Under the pieces are notes generated by a model. It was not told the origin of the DNA and did no database searches. It saw nothing but the letters and a program-made list of their open reading frames with translations. 64,000 nucleotides of DNA from Nitrosarchaeum sp. (GTDB taxonomy: Archaea > Thermoproteota > Nitrososphaeria > Nitrososphaerales > Nitrosopumilaceae): contig OZ245020.1 in NCBI GenBank assembly GCA_965223865.1, positions 1,120,001 through 1,184,000 on the forward strand. The letters are read 5' to 3'. Shown here one piece after another: positions 9,410 through 19,620 of the stretch; position 1 is the first letter of the stretch; every line of letters starts with the position of its first letter. The translations under genes were made by a program, and so were the position numbers.

Positions 9410-12400
9410 GTCGATAAGTAAAATTCTTGTACTTGGTAGTGGGGCAATAAAAATCGGAGAAGCCGGCGAGAGTCGCAAAAACGACCGCTAATTTGACTAC
9501 TCCGGAAGCCAATGCCTTAAAGCAATACATGAAGATGGACTGAAAAGTATCTTAATCAATCCAAACATTGCTACAATTCAGACTGACACTAGATTTGCAA
9601 ATCAGGTTTATCTTCTACCTGTGACTCCTGATTATGTAGAATCTATTATCGAAAAAGAAAGACCTGACGGGATAATGTTGGCATATGGAGGCCAGACAGC
9701 ACTTAATTGTGGTGTAAAACTAGCTGAAGCAGACATACTACAAAAATATGGAGTCAAGGTTCTAGGTACACAAGTAAATGGAATTCAGAGAGCTGAAGAT
9801 AGACAACTCTTCAAAGATTCTATGAATGAATGTGGAGTTCCAATACTCAAAAGCAAAACCGTTACTAATTTTGATGATGCAAAAAAGGTAGCAGAAGAGC
9901 TTAACTATCCTGTAATTATTAGAGTTGCCTATACTCTAGGTGGAAAAGGTGGAGGGGTTGCATTTAATGAAATTGAATTACATGAAATTGTTGAAAGGGG
10001 ATTAAAAGCAAGTCTAGTCGGCCAAGTCCTTGTTGAAGAATATGTTGGTCACTGGAAACAAATTGAATATGAAGTCATGCAAGACTATGATGGTAACAAC
10101 GTGATTGTATGTAATATGGAAAATGTCCTTTCTATGAAAGCACACACAGGAGATAATATTGTGGTTGCTCCTTCTCAAACAATTGATAATCGTGAGTATC
10201 ATATGTTACGTTCTGCAGCTTTGCGAGCGACAAAACACGTAGGAATAGTAGGTGAATGTAACATACAGTATGCACTTGATCCTGATTCTGATAGATATGT
10301 TGCAATTGAAATAAACCCTAGATTATCACGTTCCTCTGCACTTGCAAGTAAAGCTACTGGATATCCTTTAGCATACATGTCTGCAAAAATAGGATTAGGA
10401 TACAATTTGTCAGAATTGATAAATAGAATTACAAAAAGTACAACTGCATGTTTTGAACCTTCTCTTGATTATGTTGTATGTAAACATCCAAGATGGGATT
10501 TTGCAAAGTTTGAACTTGTAAATAGAAAATTAGGTCCTACGATGAAATCCGTCGGTGAAGTCATGGCAGTTGGAAGAACTTTTGAAGAATCTCTCCAAAA
10601 AGCTATCCGAATGTTAGATATTGGAAATGATGGTTTAGTTCTAAATCGTCAAAATGGCAAATCCTATACAGAAGAAGAAATTGAAGATAAATTGTCTCAT
10701 CCTGATGATCAAATACTATACCATGTAGCATTGGCTCTCAAAATGGGAATTTCTGTTGAACGAATTTACAAGTTATCTGCTATAGATCCTTGGTTTATTG
10801 AAAAAATAAAAAACATTTCAAATATTGAGCAGGCTCTGAAAAATTCTGAATTAGACAAAGATATACTTTGGAAGGCTAAAAAAATGGGTTTTTCGGATAA
10901 ACAAATTGGACGCTCAAAAGACAAACCAGTAGATTTTGTGCGTAATTTACGTAAAAAATATGGAATTGTGCCATCTGTTAAACAAATTGATACTCTTGCG
11001 GCTGAATGGCCTGCTGTCACAAATTATCTGTATTTGACATATGGTGGAAATTCTCATGATATAGAAATTTCACCTGATGAAAAAGGGATTGTTGTTGTTG
11101 GTGCTGGGCCCTATAGAATAGGTAGTAGTGTGGAGTTTGATTGGGGTACTGTAAACATGGTGTGGGGATTGCAAGAAAATGGAGAAAAAAATATCTCCGT
11201 GGTAAACTGTAATCCTGAAACTGTTTCTACAGATTATGATATATGTACAAGATTATATTTTGAGGAATTAACTCAAGAGAGATTATTAGACATTGCTGAT
11301 TTTGAAAATCCTAAAGGAGTTATTACATGTGTAGGTGGTCAAACTGCAAATAACTTGACTCCTGGACTTGCAGAACACGGTGTCAATATTATGGGAACAA
11401 GTGCTCATGATGTAGATAGAGCTGAAGATCGTTCAAAATTTAGTGCCGAACTTGACAAACTTCATATCCAACAACCACGATGGCAAGCTTTTTCAAATCT
11501 TAACGAAGCAAAAAATTTTGCACTAGATGTTGGCTTTCCTGTAATTGTTAGACCTTCTTACGTTCTTTCTGGTGCTGCTATGAAGGTTGTATGGTCGCAA
11601 GATGAACTCAAAACATATGTGAAAGAGGCTACGGATGTTTCGCCTGATCATCCCGTTGTTATTTCCAAATTTATGCTAAATTCTCTTGAGGTTGATGTAG
11701 ATGGAATTAGTAATGGAAAAGATGTAGTGATTGGAGCAATAGTTGAGCATATTGATAGTGCAGGAGTTCACTCTGGTGATGCTATGATGTGTATTCCACC
11801 TTGGCGTTTAAGTAATAAAATTATTGAGACTATTACTGAATATACAAAAAAAATTGCAACTACTTTTAATGTTAAAGGACCTTTCAATTTGCAATTTTTA
11901 ATACACGATGATCATGTCTATGTAATTGAGCTCAACATTCGTGCATCTCGTTCTATGCCTTTTGTGTCTAAACTTGTAAAAACCAACCTTATATCATTGG
12001 CATCAAAGGCAATTTTAGGAAAGCCTTTACCCCAAATACCAGAAAATAAGTGGCAAAAAATTCCAAACTTTGGAATAAAGGTGCCTCAATTCTCATTTAT
12101 GCAGCTAGATGGTGCAGACATTGCCTTGGGTGTAGAAATGCAATCTACAGGAGAGGCTGCATGCTTTGGAAACAGCTTTTTTGATGCATTAGCTAAAGGA
12201 TTAACTTCTGTAGGATATAATCTCCCTGAGCATGGAACTGCACTTGTAACAGTAGGAGGTGCTCAAAACAAAGAAAAATTATTACAAACAATTGCAAAGC
12301 TAAAAAGTCTAGGATTTCAAATTTTGGCAACTGAACACACTGCAGAATTCTTCCAGGAGAAAATCGGGGAGATTCAAGTGGTTCACAAAATCTCTGAACC

Positions 12401-12659
12401 TGAAAGAAAACCAAACATCAAAGATTTACTTTATCAAAGAAAGATAGACTTTATCATAAATATTCCAAGTACATCCACATTGGAAAAATATGTTGGTATG
12501 CTTGATGATGAATATCAAATTAGGAGAAAATCTTTAGAATTAGGAATTCCTGTTTTAACAACAATTGAATTGGCCGACTCTTTTGTAAAAACATTGGAGT
12601 GGTTAAAGGATAATCAAACAACAAAAAATCCAATAGAACCTTATGATCATATGGGATGA
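9396..12659 (+). CDS. carB: Carbamoyl-phosphate synthase large subunit; exons 9396-9470 + 9492-12659 give 1080 aa after removing a 21-nt insertion
   Basis: PKNESISKILVLGSGAIKIGEAGE|FDYSGSQCLKA...NPNIATIQTD is in frame with ORF 9621-12659, which has two ATP-grasp repeats (EINPRLSRSSALASKATGYP; HSGD) and an MGS-like C-terminus. Confidence 0.93.
9471..9491 (+). other. Putative 21-nt bulge-helix-bulge/loop mRNA intron in carB
   Basis: AGTCGCAAAAACGACCGCTAA with in-frame TAA; central helix GGCG/CGCU, 3-nt bulge AGA, intron stem GUCG/CGAC; predicted cuts AG|A and AA|U rejoin GAG-TTT. Confidence 0.85.
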
Positions 12660-12690
12660 TTTTTTTATTAAAAAAGTTTGTATTTTATTC

Positions 12691-13443
12691 CTATAATACT
12701 TGATCAATTATAGACTCATCACCAATTATTGTTCCATCAAGTGTGATAATTCTTGCCGAAGATATATTTTTGATTCTTTCAACAATTGGTGATATTGATT
12801 TTTTGTATCTTCTTTTGTGTGTTGCGTAAAAATATTTGTTAAAAGATGGAATAATAGTTATTTCTATTTCTCCATTTTGATTGGGAAAAATATTTTGTTT
12901 TTCTGTTTTTAAAGAGACCCAAACTCTTTGTCCATTTAAAACAGAACCTTCTTGAAAAAATACAGGATGAACATGACCCATTATTATTTTGTTCACATGT
13001 GAAAAATTTTCCGATGGCATGGTATGACCATGTGTTAACAAAATGTTCTCTTCAACCATTCCGGTTGAACTTATCATTGAAACTCCTTCTGGAACTAATT
13101 TCTGGATGTTTGCATCGTGATTTCCTGGAATAAGAATGACTTTGCACTTTTCTTTGATTTTTTCAAAAAATAAAGGTAATTCACTCCATTCACTTTTTGA
13201 AATGGTTTTAAGGCTAGATTTGACATCCCCTAACAAAATCACCGAATCTGGTTTTTCGATATTAATCAATTCTAATATTTCATTTATTGTTTCAGTTATT
13301 GTGGAATTCTTTCCAATGAAAATTTTATTTGATGCAAGACTACTCTCAAAGCCAATGTGTATGTCTGTGATTATGATGCTCTTTTCTTGTCCTTCAAAAA
13401 TTAATGCTGGTTTTGAAGGAACTATCCTTGTTTGAGGCATCAA
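12691..13443 (-). CDS. Calcineurin-like metallophosphoesterase
   Basis: DIHIG, LLGD, PGNHD, THGH, GHVHP. Confidence 0.9.
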   Translation of the reverse strand: MMPQTRIVPSKPALIFEGQEKSIIITDIHIGFESSLASNKIFIGKNSTITETINEILELINIEKPDSVILLGDVKSSLKTISKSEWSELPLFFEKIKEKCKVILIPGNHDANIQKLVPEGVSMISSTGMVEENILLTHGHTMPSENFSHVNKIIMGHVHPVFFQEGSVLNGQRVWVSLKTEKQNIFPNQNGEIEITIIPSFNKYFYATHKRRYKKSISPIVERIKNISSARIITLDGTIIGDESIIDQVL

Positions 13444-13474
13444 AGATATACGATAGACTTTGGATTAAATCCTT

Positions 13475-13777
13475 ATGACTGACAGTTCTAAAAAAATAGA
13501 ATCCGTAGTTTTTCAAAAACGTGTAAAATTACATCTTTTTGAGCCTAGTCAAAGGAAAATTTGGACTGTTGTTGGCATGGGTGAAGAACATTGGTTAGAT
13601 CCGGAATCTGAATATTGTTCGTGTCCTGGATTTTATTTTGGAAAGTTAAATGGAAAAAACAGTTGTTATCATTTAGACTCTCTTAAAATTGCTAAAAAAA
13701 CAAACAAGATTGAAACAATTCATTTTTCTGATGATGAATATGAAGATTTCATTACTGGATTAATATCTGATTTATGA
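13475..13777 (+). CDS. SWIM zinc-finger protein
   Basis: YCSCPGF...CYH pattern. Confidence 0.8.
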   Translation: MTDSSKKIESVVFQKRVKLHLFEPSQRKIWTVVGMGEEHWLDPESEYCSCPGFYFGKLNGKNSCYHLDSLKIAKKTNKIETIHFSDDEYEDFITGLISDL

Positions 13778-13822
13778 ACAATTTTTCGAATCTGTTAATT
13801 ACTAGAAATATAATAAAACACT

Positions 13823-14074
13823 ATGGATGATAAACAGTACAATGAAGAAATTGAGAAGATTGCCAATCTAATGATACATGATGGTATTTCTTATGATGAG
13901 CAAGATTCCCAAAAATTAGAAAAGTACAAACACCAAGTAAAACAAGATTGTAATCTAAATGATGATGATGCACTCAAACTGGTATATGAGGCATTATTGT
14001 ATAGAAAATTAAAAAATTCTGATTCAGGTGATCCCCTTCAGAAGGGAGACCAGTTTGGTGCAGGATTCAGTTAA
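13823..14074 (+). CDS. Hypothetical protein
   Basis: 83-aa ORF with native codon usage. Confidence 0.7.
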   Translation: MDDKQYNEEIEKIANLMIHDGISYDEQDSQKLEKYKHQVKQDCNLNDDDALKLVYEALLYRKLKNSDSGDPLQKGDQFGAGFS

Positions 14075-14076
14075 TG

Positions 14077-14376
14077 TTATCCTAACGGGACTGTCTCTAT
14101 GTCGTCCTTTGAAACTCCTTTCCAAAGTCCAATCATACCTTCAGGTTCTACTTCTTCGACTTTGGTAATTTGTTGAATTTTGATATGATCTGGGTTTGGA
14201 GGCATCCAAAGCATTGCCATATAGTCTCCAACTTTACCTACTTTTGTGGGTAGTGCCATGGTGATCTTTTCTTTTGAAACTCCTTTTGAAGTCAATGCAC
14301 TCACTGCCTTCTCTTGCAGATCCATTCTTCCATGAAGGAACAAGTATACGTCTTTTTGACTGTCAATTTCTGACAT
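14077..14376 (-). CDS. Hypothetical protein
   Basis: 99-aa ORF with native codon usage. Confidence 0.75.
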   Translation of the reverse strand: MSEIDSQKDVYLFLHGRMDLQEKAVSALTSKGVSKEKITMALPTKVGKVGDYMAMLWMPPNPDHIKIQQITKVEEVEPEGMIGLWKGVSKDDIETVPLG

Positions 14377-14465
14377 GACTGAATTATTTTTTTAAACTAA
14401 ATCAATCTTTCCTGAACTTATACCTGCCAAAAAGGGTTAAATTAGTAGTATCAAAATTTCTCATT

Positions 14466-14759
14466 GTGAAGATCTTCACTGTAGGTAGTAAATCCTTTGT
14501 AACTAGTTTCCAATTAGCCGGAGTTCCAGGGGTAATTTCTGAAACTCCTCAAAAGGCTTTGGATGAAATTAGACGACTAACTGATGATTCAGATGTAGGT
14601 CTGATCCTCGTTAGTGATGATATTACAGAATCTATTAATGATGAATTAACTGCTCTTAGAGCAGAAAAATCAACTCTTGTTTTTGCATTACCTGCTACCG
14701 GCAGTGAAAAGACTGAAGTCGATTACCGTGTAATGCTCAAAAAAATTCTAGGTGTCTAA
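14466..14759 (+). CDS. atpF: A/V-type ATP synthase subunit F
   Basis: MKIFTVGSKSFVTSFQLAGV...DVGLILVSD...KKILGV, 97 aa. Confidence 0.85.
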   Translation: MKIFTVGSKSFVTSFQLAGVPGVISETPQKALDEIRRLTDDSDVGLILVSDDITESINDELTALRAEKSTLVFALPATGSEKTEVDYRVMLKKILGV

Positions 14760-14801
14760 TCTCCTTTAATCTACTTATATTCTGTATTCTCAAGTTTTGA
14801 T

Positions 14802-15830
14802 ATGAAAACTGCATATGTGAAGGAACCGTCTGTTATCTCCGTTGATGAAACAGAAAAACCTATTCTAAATGCAGGTGATGTATTAGTACAAATGCAGGCA
14901 TGTGGAATCTGTGGTTCTGATTTAGAAAAAGTATTTGGTCAATATGGACAACCATCTATGCGGTTGGGTCATGAACCTGCTGGAATAATTGTTGAGGTAG
15001 GGTCTGATGTCACGGAATTCAAAAAGGGTGATAGAGTATTTACTCATCACCATGTCCCATGTTATTCGTGCCATTTGTGTGTACATGGAAATGAAACAAT
15101 GTGTAAAAAATACTATGAAACAAATCTCTCTCCCTGTGGTTTGTCAGAAGAATATGTTGTTCCAGAATGGAACGTTTCTCATGGTGGTGTCTTAAAAATA
15201 CCTGAGTCTATGACTTTTGAAGAAGCAGCCATGATTGAACCATTAGCTTGTTGTGTGAGGGCATGGACAAAATTTTCTTATCAAGAAGGTGATTCTATTG
15301 CAGTATTTGGAGTAGGACCCACTGGAATGATGCATGTTATGATTGCAAAGGCAAAAAAATTTTCAAAAATTTTTTGTTTTGATGTTAATGACTTTAGATT
15401 AAATTTTGTAAAAAAATTCAATATTTCTGATTCTATTAGTTCGATGGATGAAAATCGCAAACAGAAAATTTTTGAAAATACAGAAGGAAGAGGTGTTGAT
15501 GTTGCAATTGTTGCTACTAGTAGCCTAAAAGCCTTAGATGATGCTATTGAAATGGTACGAAAGGGCGGTGCGGTAATGATGTTTGGGGTTCCCTCAAAGG
15601 GCGCAAAAATTGATTTGGATATGGCCAAAATTTATTCAAAAGAAATCACTTTGGTGACAAGCTATGCAGCTTCAGATAATGATACCCAAGATGCCATGAA
15701 TTTAATTAACTCTAATCAGATTGATGTAAAACAATTAGTAACTCATACTTACTCTATTGAGGATTCACAAAAAGCCTTTGAGCATGCTCGCAGCGGCGAA
15801 AATGCCATGAAGATTATCATAACTAAATAA
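14802..15830 (+). CDS. Zinc-dependent medium-chain alcohol/polyol dehydrogenase
   Basis: CGICGSD, LGHE, CxxCxxC..C structural Zn site, GVGPTG. Confidence 0.92.
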   Translation: MKTAYVKEPSVISVDETEKPILNAGDVLVQMQACGICGSDLEKVFGQYGQPSMRLGHEPAGIIVEVGSDVTEFKKGDRVFTHHHVPCYSCHLCVHGNETMCKKYYETNLSPCGLSEEYVVPEWNVSHGGVLKIPESMTFEEAAMIEPLACCVRAWTKFSYQEGDSIAVFGVGPTGMMHVMIAKAKKFSKIFCFDVNDFRLNFVKKFNISDSISSMDENRKQKIFENTEGRGVDVAIVATSSLKALDDAIEMVRKGGAVMMFGVPSKGAKIDLDMAKIYSKEITLVTSYAASDNDTQDAMNLINSNQIDVKQLVTHTYSIEDSQKAFEHARSGENAMKIIITK

Positions 15831-15875
15831 GAAAGGCTTAAGAAGGGATTTCCTTTCTTTCAAAAACGAAGAAAT

Positions 15876-16772
15876 ATGGATTGGGGATTACAAAATAGAC
15901 TTTCAAGTATAATCAAACCACAAAATAATCGTGCGCTAATGTTAGCAGTTGATCATGGTTACTTTTTAGGACCAACTGAAAAATTAGAAAACCCAAAAAA
16001 AGTCATAGCGCCATTGCTTAAACACTGTGATTCTTTAATGCTTACCCGAGGTGTTCAAAGAACATCTGTGCCTGCTACTACTAACACTCCTATGGTCTTG
16101 AGAGTATCTGGTGGCTCAAGTATTATTGGTGAAGATTTGTCTCAAGAAGACATTACCGTTAGTATTGAAGACGCAATTAGATTAAATGCAAGCGCTCTTG
16201 CAATGTCTATTTTTGTTGGATCAAAATATGAATATCAAACTATTGTTAATCTTGGAAAATTAGTAAGTGAGGCTGAAAAATATGGAATTCCTGTGCTTGC
16301 AGTTACTGCTGTAGGAAAAGAACTTGGAAAAGACGCTCGATATCTATCCTTGGCCTGCAGAATTGCTGCTGAACAAGGAGCTCATATTGTAAAGACCTAC
16401 TATTGCGATGATTTTGAAAAAGTTGTTCAGTCCTGCCCTGTTCCAATCATTGTTGCTGGCGGCAAAAAAATCCCAGAACGTGATGCACTACAATTGACAT
16501 TCAATGCAATCAAAGGTGGAGCAGTAGGTGTTGATATGGGTAGAAATATCTGGCAATCCGAACACCCAGTTGCAATGGTACGAGCTGTTCGTTATATTGT
16601 GCATGGCAATGCAAATGTAGAGCAAGCTTTCCAATTATACAAAAAACTTGCAAAAGAAGATACAAACAAAAACAAATCAAAAGGAAACAAACCTAATCAA
16701 AACAAATCAAAAGGAAACAAACCTAATCAAAACAAATCAAAAGGAAACAAACCTAATCAAAACAAATCCTAA
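15876..16772 (+). CDS. Class I aldolase, DhnA/LsrF family, with repetitive C-terminal tail
   Basis: LAVDHG, GAHIVKTYY (Schiff-base Lys), AGGKK, DMGRNIWQ. Confidence 0.88.
   Translation: MDWGLQNRLSSIIKPQNNRALMLAVDHGYFLGPTEKLENPKKVIAPLLKHCDSLMLTRGVQRTSVPATTNTPMVLRVSGGSSIIGEDLSQEDITVSIEDAIRLNASALAMSIFVGSKYEYQTIVNLGKLVSEAEKYGIPVLAVTAVGKELGKDARYLSLACRIAAEQGAHIVKTYYCDDFEKVVQSCPVPIIVAGGKKIPERDALQLTFNAIKGGAVGVDMGRNIWQSEHPVAMVRAVRYIVHGNANVEQAFQLYKKLAKEDTNKNKSKGNKPNQNKSKGNKPNQNKSKGNKPNQNKS
16671..16768 (+). repeat. 30-bp tandem repeat, about 3.3 copies, encoding NKSKGNKPNQ
   Basis: AACAAATCAAAAGGAAACAAACCTAATCAA three exact copies plus a partial copy. Confidence 0.95.
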
Positions 16773-16800
16773 ATTCAATCTACTCAAGACAAAAAATAAT

Positions 16801-17262
16801 CTAATTGTGAATTTTTGACAAATGTATATGAACAATCTTCCATGTTGGTTGTTTTATTAACACAAATGTAGCTCTTCCTTCTATTGATATGTGTTCTCCT
16901 GTGTATGCCTTTGTGTCTACAAGCATTCCTTTTTGAGTAGTTTCCATTGCAACTACTGCGGTATTGCCAAATAGGCTTATCTTGGGATTTTTGATCTCAT
17001 AATCATAATCGGAAATACTGACGTACTTTAGCTCCTCTAACTCCATAGTAGTTTGGAAATCTTTTAGATCATATGGTGGCAAATCACTAAAACTAGAAAA
17101 CCTTGAATCATCAAGATGAATGTCTTTTAACCGTGAAAAGTCCTTAGTTTTTCCTGCTTCAAACAATGTATCAATTACCTGAATTATCTCTTCATTATCT
17201 GACAAAATTTCAATTTGAGATGTAAAAATATCAACTTTAAATCTTCTTAATTGTTTCCTCAA
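16801..17262 (-). CDS. NTF2/SnoaL-like fold protein
   Basis: C-terminal GRATFVL..WKIVHIHLS signature; start uncertain. Confidence 0.75.
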   Translation of the reverse strand: MRKQLRRFKVDIFTSQIEILSDNEEIIQVIDTLFEAGKTKDFSRLKDIHLDDSRFSSFSDLPPYDLKDFQTTMELEELKYVSISDYDYEIKNPKISLFGNTAVVAMETTQKGMLVDTKAYTGEHISIEGRATFVLIKQPTWKIVHIHLSKIHN

Positions 17263-17326
17263 AAACCAAAATTATTTTTCTGAGAATCTTTATTAGGCAT
17301 AATCATTGTTTATATTTTGAATTTCA

Positions 17327-17386
17327 ATGAGATTAAAGACAACTGGAAAAACGCAAATTTTCTTGCTGGTTGATCTTATACTGTAA
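17327..17386 (+). promoter_or_regulatory. Putative leader peptide MRLKTTGKTQIFLLVDLIL upstream of ilvB
   Basis: ATG...TAA 19-aa ORF; 7 of the last 9 residues are Ile/Leu/Val; followed by an imperfect hairpin at about 17387-17410. Confidence 0.6.
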
Positions 17387-17440
17387 AGTGTGCTTAAATT
17401 TTAACACATTAAAATTATGGAGAAAAATTTGGTGAATTAA

Positions 17441-19129
17441 ATGGAAACTATGAAAGGTGCAAAGGCATTGATGACTGCCATGGAAAAAGAAGGCGTCAAA
17501 CAAGTATTTGGGTTACCGGGAGGTGCAAATCTTCCTATGTATGATGAGTTTGCTAGGTGTGATATTAGACATATCTTGGTAAGGCATGAACAATCTGCAG
17601 CACATATGGCTGATGGTTTTGGTAGAGTTAGTAGAAAACCCGGTGTATGTTTTGCAACTTCTGGACCTGGTGCAACAAACATCTTAACTGGTATTGCAAC
17701 TGCTCAAGCTGATTCTGCTCCAATGATTGCAGTGACTGGACAGGTACCAGTAAAGATGATTGGAAGAGATGCATTCCAAGAAAGTGATATTATTGGAATG
17801 GCAAATCCCGTTGTAAAGTATGCCTTTCAACCACGAACAGCAGAAGAAATTCCAGAGGTTGTAAAAAAAGGATTCTTTATTGCAGAAACTGGAAGACCAG
17901 GACCTGTACTTATTGACATTCCAAAAGATGTTCAAACAAACGAGGCTGAGATGAATTTTCCAGATGAATTTAAAATTCGAGGTTATCATCCTTGGACTGA
18001 TCCTGATATGGTAAATGTAGAAAAAGCAATTGATATGCTACTTCATGCACAAAAACCTGTGTTATTGGCCGGCGGTGGAACCATCATTTCATCAGCATTT
18101 GCTGAGCTTCAGGCTATTGCTGAATTACTAATGATTCCTGTAGTTACTACTTTTAAAGGAAAAGGAGCCTTTCCTGAAACTCATCCATTATCCTTAGGTC
18201 CAATTGGAATGCATGGACATGCAGAGGCAAACAAAATCATGTCTGAAGCTGATTGTGTTTTGGCAATTGGGACTAGATTTTCAGATAGATCTGTTGGAAC
18301 TTTTGAGGAATTTGAAAAACGATTGAAAATTATCCATATGGATGTAGATCCCGCTGAAATTGGTAAAAACCAAACCACTAACATTGCAGTGATAGGCGAT
18401 GTTCGCGCGTCACTTAGAATTATGGTAAAAATGTTGATGCAAAAAGCAATTAAAAATACTGAAGAAACACCTTGGATAAAACATGTAAAAGAAACTAAAG
18501 AATACTGGAAACAAAACTTGAAACTTCATCCTGGTGAAATGGGTGCAGCAAAAATATTGAGAAAACTACGAGAATTATTACCTGCAGAATCTATTGTTAC
18601 TACAGAAGTAGGACAACATCAGATGTGGGCATCATTATTTTATGACGTAATCCAACCTGGTACTTTCTTTAGCTCAACTGGACTTGGTACTATGGGCTGG
18701 GGATTTCCAGCTGCAATTGGTGCTAAAGTAGCAAAACCAGATGTACCTGTTGTAGATATTGCAGGAGATGGAAGTTTTAGTATGACAGAGAACTCTCTTG
18801 CTACTGCTGTATTAGAAGATATTCCAGTAATTGTATTTTTGTTAAACAACTTTACTTTAGGTATGGTTGCACAATGGCAGCGTACTTTCTATGATAGACG
18901 GATGATTGGTGTTGATCAAGGAAAATGTCCTGATTATGTTAAACTAGCTGAATCATACGGAGCTCAAGGAATTCGCGCACAATCGATGGATGAATTAGAC
19001 AAGGCAATCAAAACTGCACTAAACAGCGATGTTGCAACAGTAATTGATATCCCAATTGATCCTGAAGAAGATGTATTGCCATTTGTAGCTCCTGGAACTT
19101 CCCTTTCGGATATGATTTTACCGTCATAG
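17441..19129 (+). CDS. ilvB: Acetolactate synthase large subunit
   Basis: RHEQ, TSGPGATN, GRPGPV, GQHQMW, GDGSF...NN TPP motif. Confidence 0.96.
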   Translation: METMKGAKALMTAMEKEGVKQVFGLPGGANLPMYDEFARCDIRHILVRHEQSAAHMADGFGRVSRKPGVCFATSGPGATNILTGIATAQADSAPMIAVTGQVPVKMIGRDAFQESDIIGMANPVVKYAFQPRTAEEIPEVVKKGFFIAETGRPGPVLIDIPKDVQTNEAEMNFPDEFKIRGYHPWTDPDMVNVEKAIDMLLHAQKPVLLAGGGTIISSAFAELQAIAELLMIPVVTTFKGKGAFPETHPLSLGPIGMHGHAEANKIMSEADCVLAIGTRFSDRSVGTFEEFEKRLKIIHMDVDPAEIGKNQTTNIAVIGDVRASLRIMVKMLMQKAIKNTEETPWIKHVKETKEYWKQNLKLHPGEMGAAKILRKLRELLPAESIVTTEVGQHQMWASLFYDVIQPGTFFSSTGLGTMGWGFPAAIGAKVAKPDVPVVDIAGDGSFSMTENSLATAVLEDIPVIVFLLNNFTLGMVAQWQRTFYDRRMIGVDQGKCPDYVKLAESYGAQGIRAQSMDELDKAIKTALNSDVATVIDIPIDPEEDVLPFVAPGTSLSDMILPS

Positions 19130-19620
19130 TGATTATTATGTGGGCAATTCTTTCTCTTCTAGTTGAAAACAAGCCAGGAATTTTGTTTAAGGTAACTCAC
19201 CTTTTCAGATCTAGAAATTTCAATATCGATAGTATCTCTGTTGGTGTTACTGAAAATCCAGAATATTCTAGAATGACTATTACCACATATGGTGATAAAA
19301 AACAAGTCGATCAAATAGTAAAACAACTTGATAAAATGATAGATACCGTTGAGGTAAAACACCTAGATGAATACAAAACTGTCTATAGAGAACTTAGCAT
19401 TTTTAAGATTAAACTAAGTAATGCTAACGACAGTATGGAGATCAACAAATTAGCAAATGCATATGGTGCCAAAGTACATGACGTCAAAAAAGATTCTATT
19501 ATGATTGAATTGACTGCAACCCCTGACCAAATTCAAGCTTTTGAAGAATTGGCCAAACCCTTTGGAATAATTGAAGTTGCAAGAACCGGTGTTACTGCAT
19601 TGCAGAGGAGTGGAGTATGA
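19129..19620 (+). CDS. ilvN: Acetolactate synthase regulatory (ACT) subunit
   Basis: LVENKPGIL..FRSRNFNIDSISV, EVARTGVTAL. Confidence 0.93.
   Translation: MIIMWAILSLLVENKPGILFKVTHLFRSRNFNIDSISVGVTENPEYSRMTITTYGDKKQVDQIVKQLDKMIDTVEVKHLDEYKTVYRELSIFKIKLSNANDSMEINKLANAYGAKVHDVKKDSIMIELTATPDQIQAFEELAKPFGIIEVARTGVTALQRSGV

Noticed and set aside
9471-9491. Stop-codon readthrough (Sec/Pyl), ribosomal hop or sequencing error as explanation of the carB break
   Set aside because: The stop is TAA; readthrough would insert 7 residues into an invariant motif; there is no matched landing codon; a structured 21-nt insertion with exact BHB cut sites is unlike a sequencing error
9300-9491. 63-aa ORF as an independent gene
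   Set aside because: It is carB exon 1 plus the intron, extended upstream into an alternative frame of carA
16671-16768. Possible CRISPR array (also 46668-46732)
   Set aside because: Repeats are contiguous without spacers, in frame within coding sequence, and no cas genes are present
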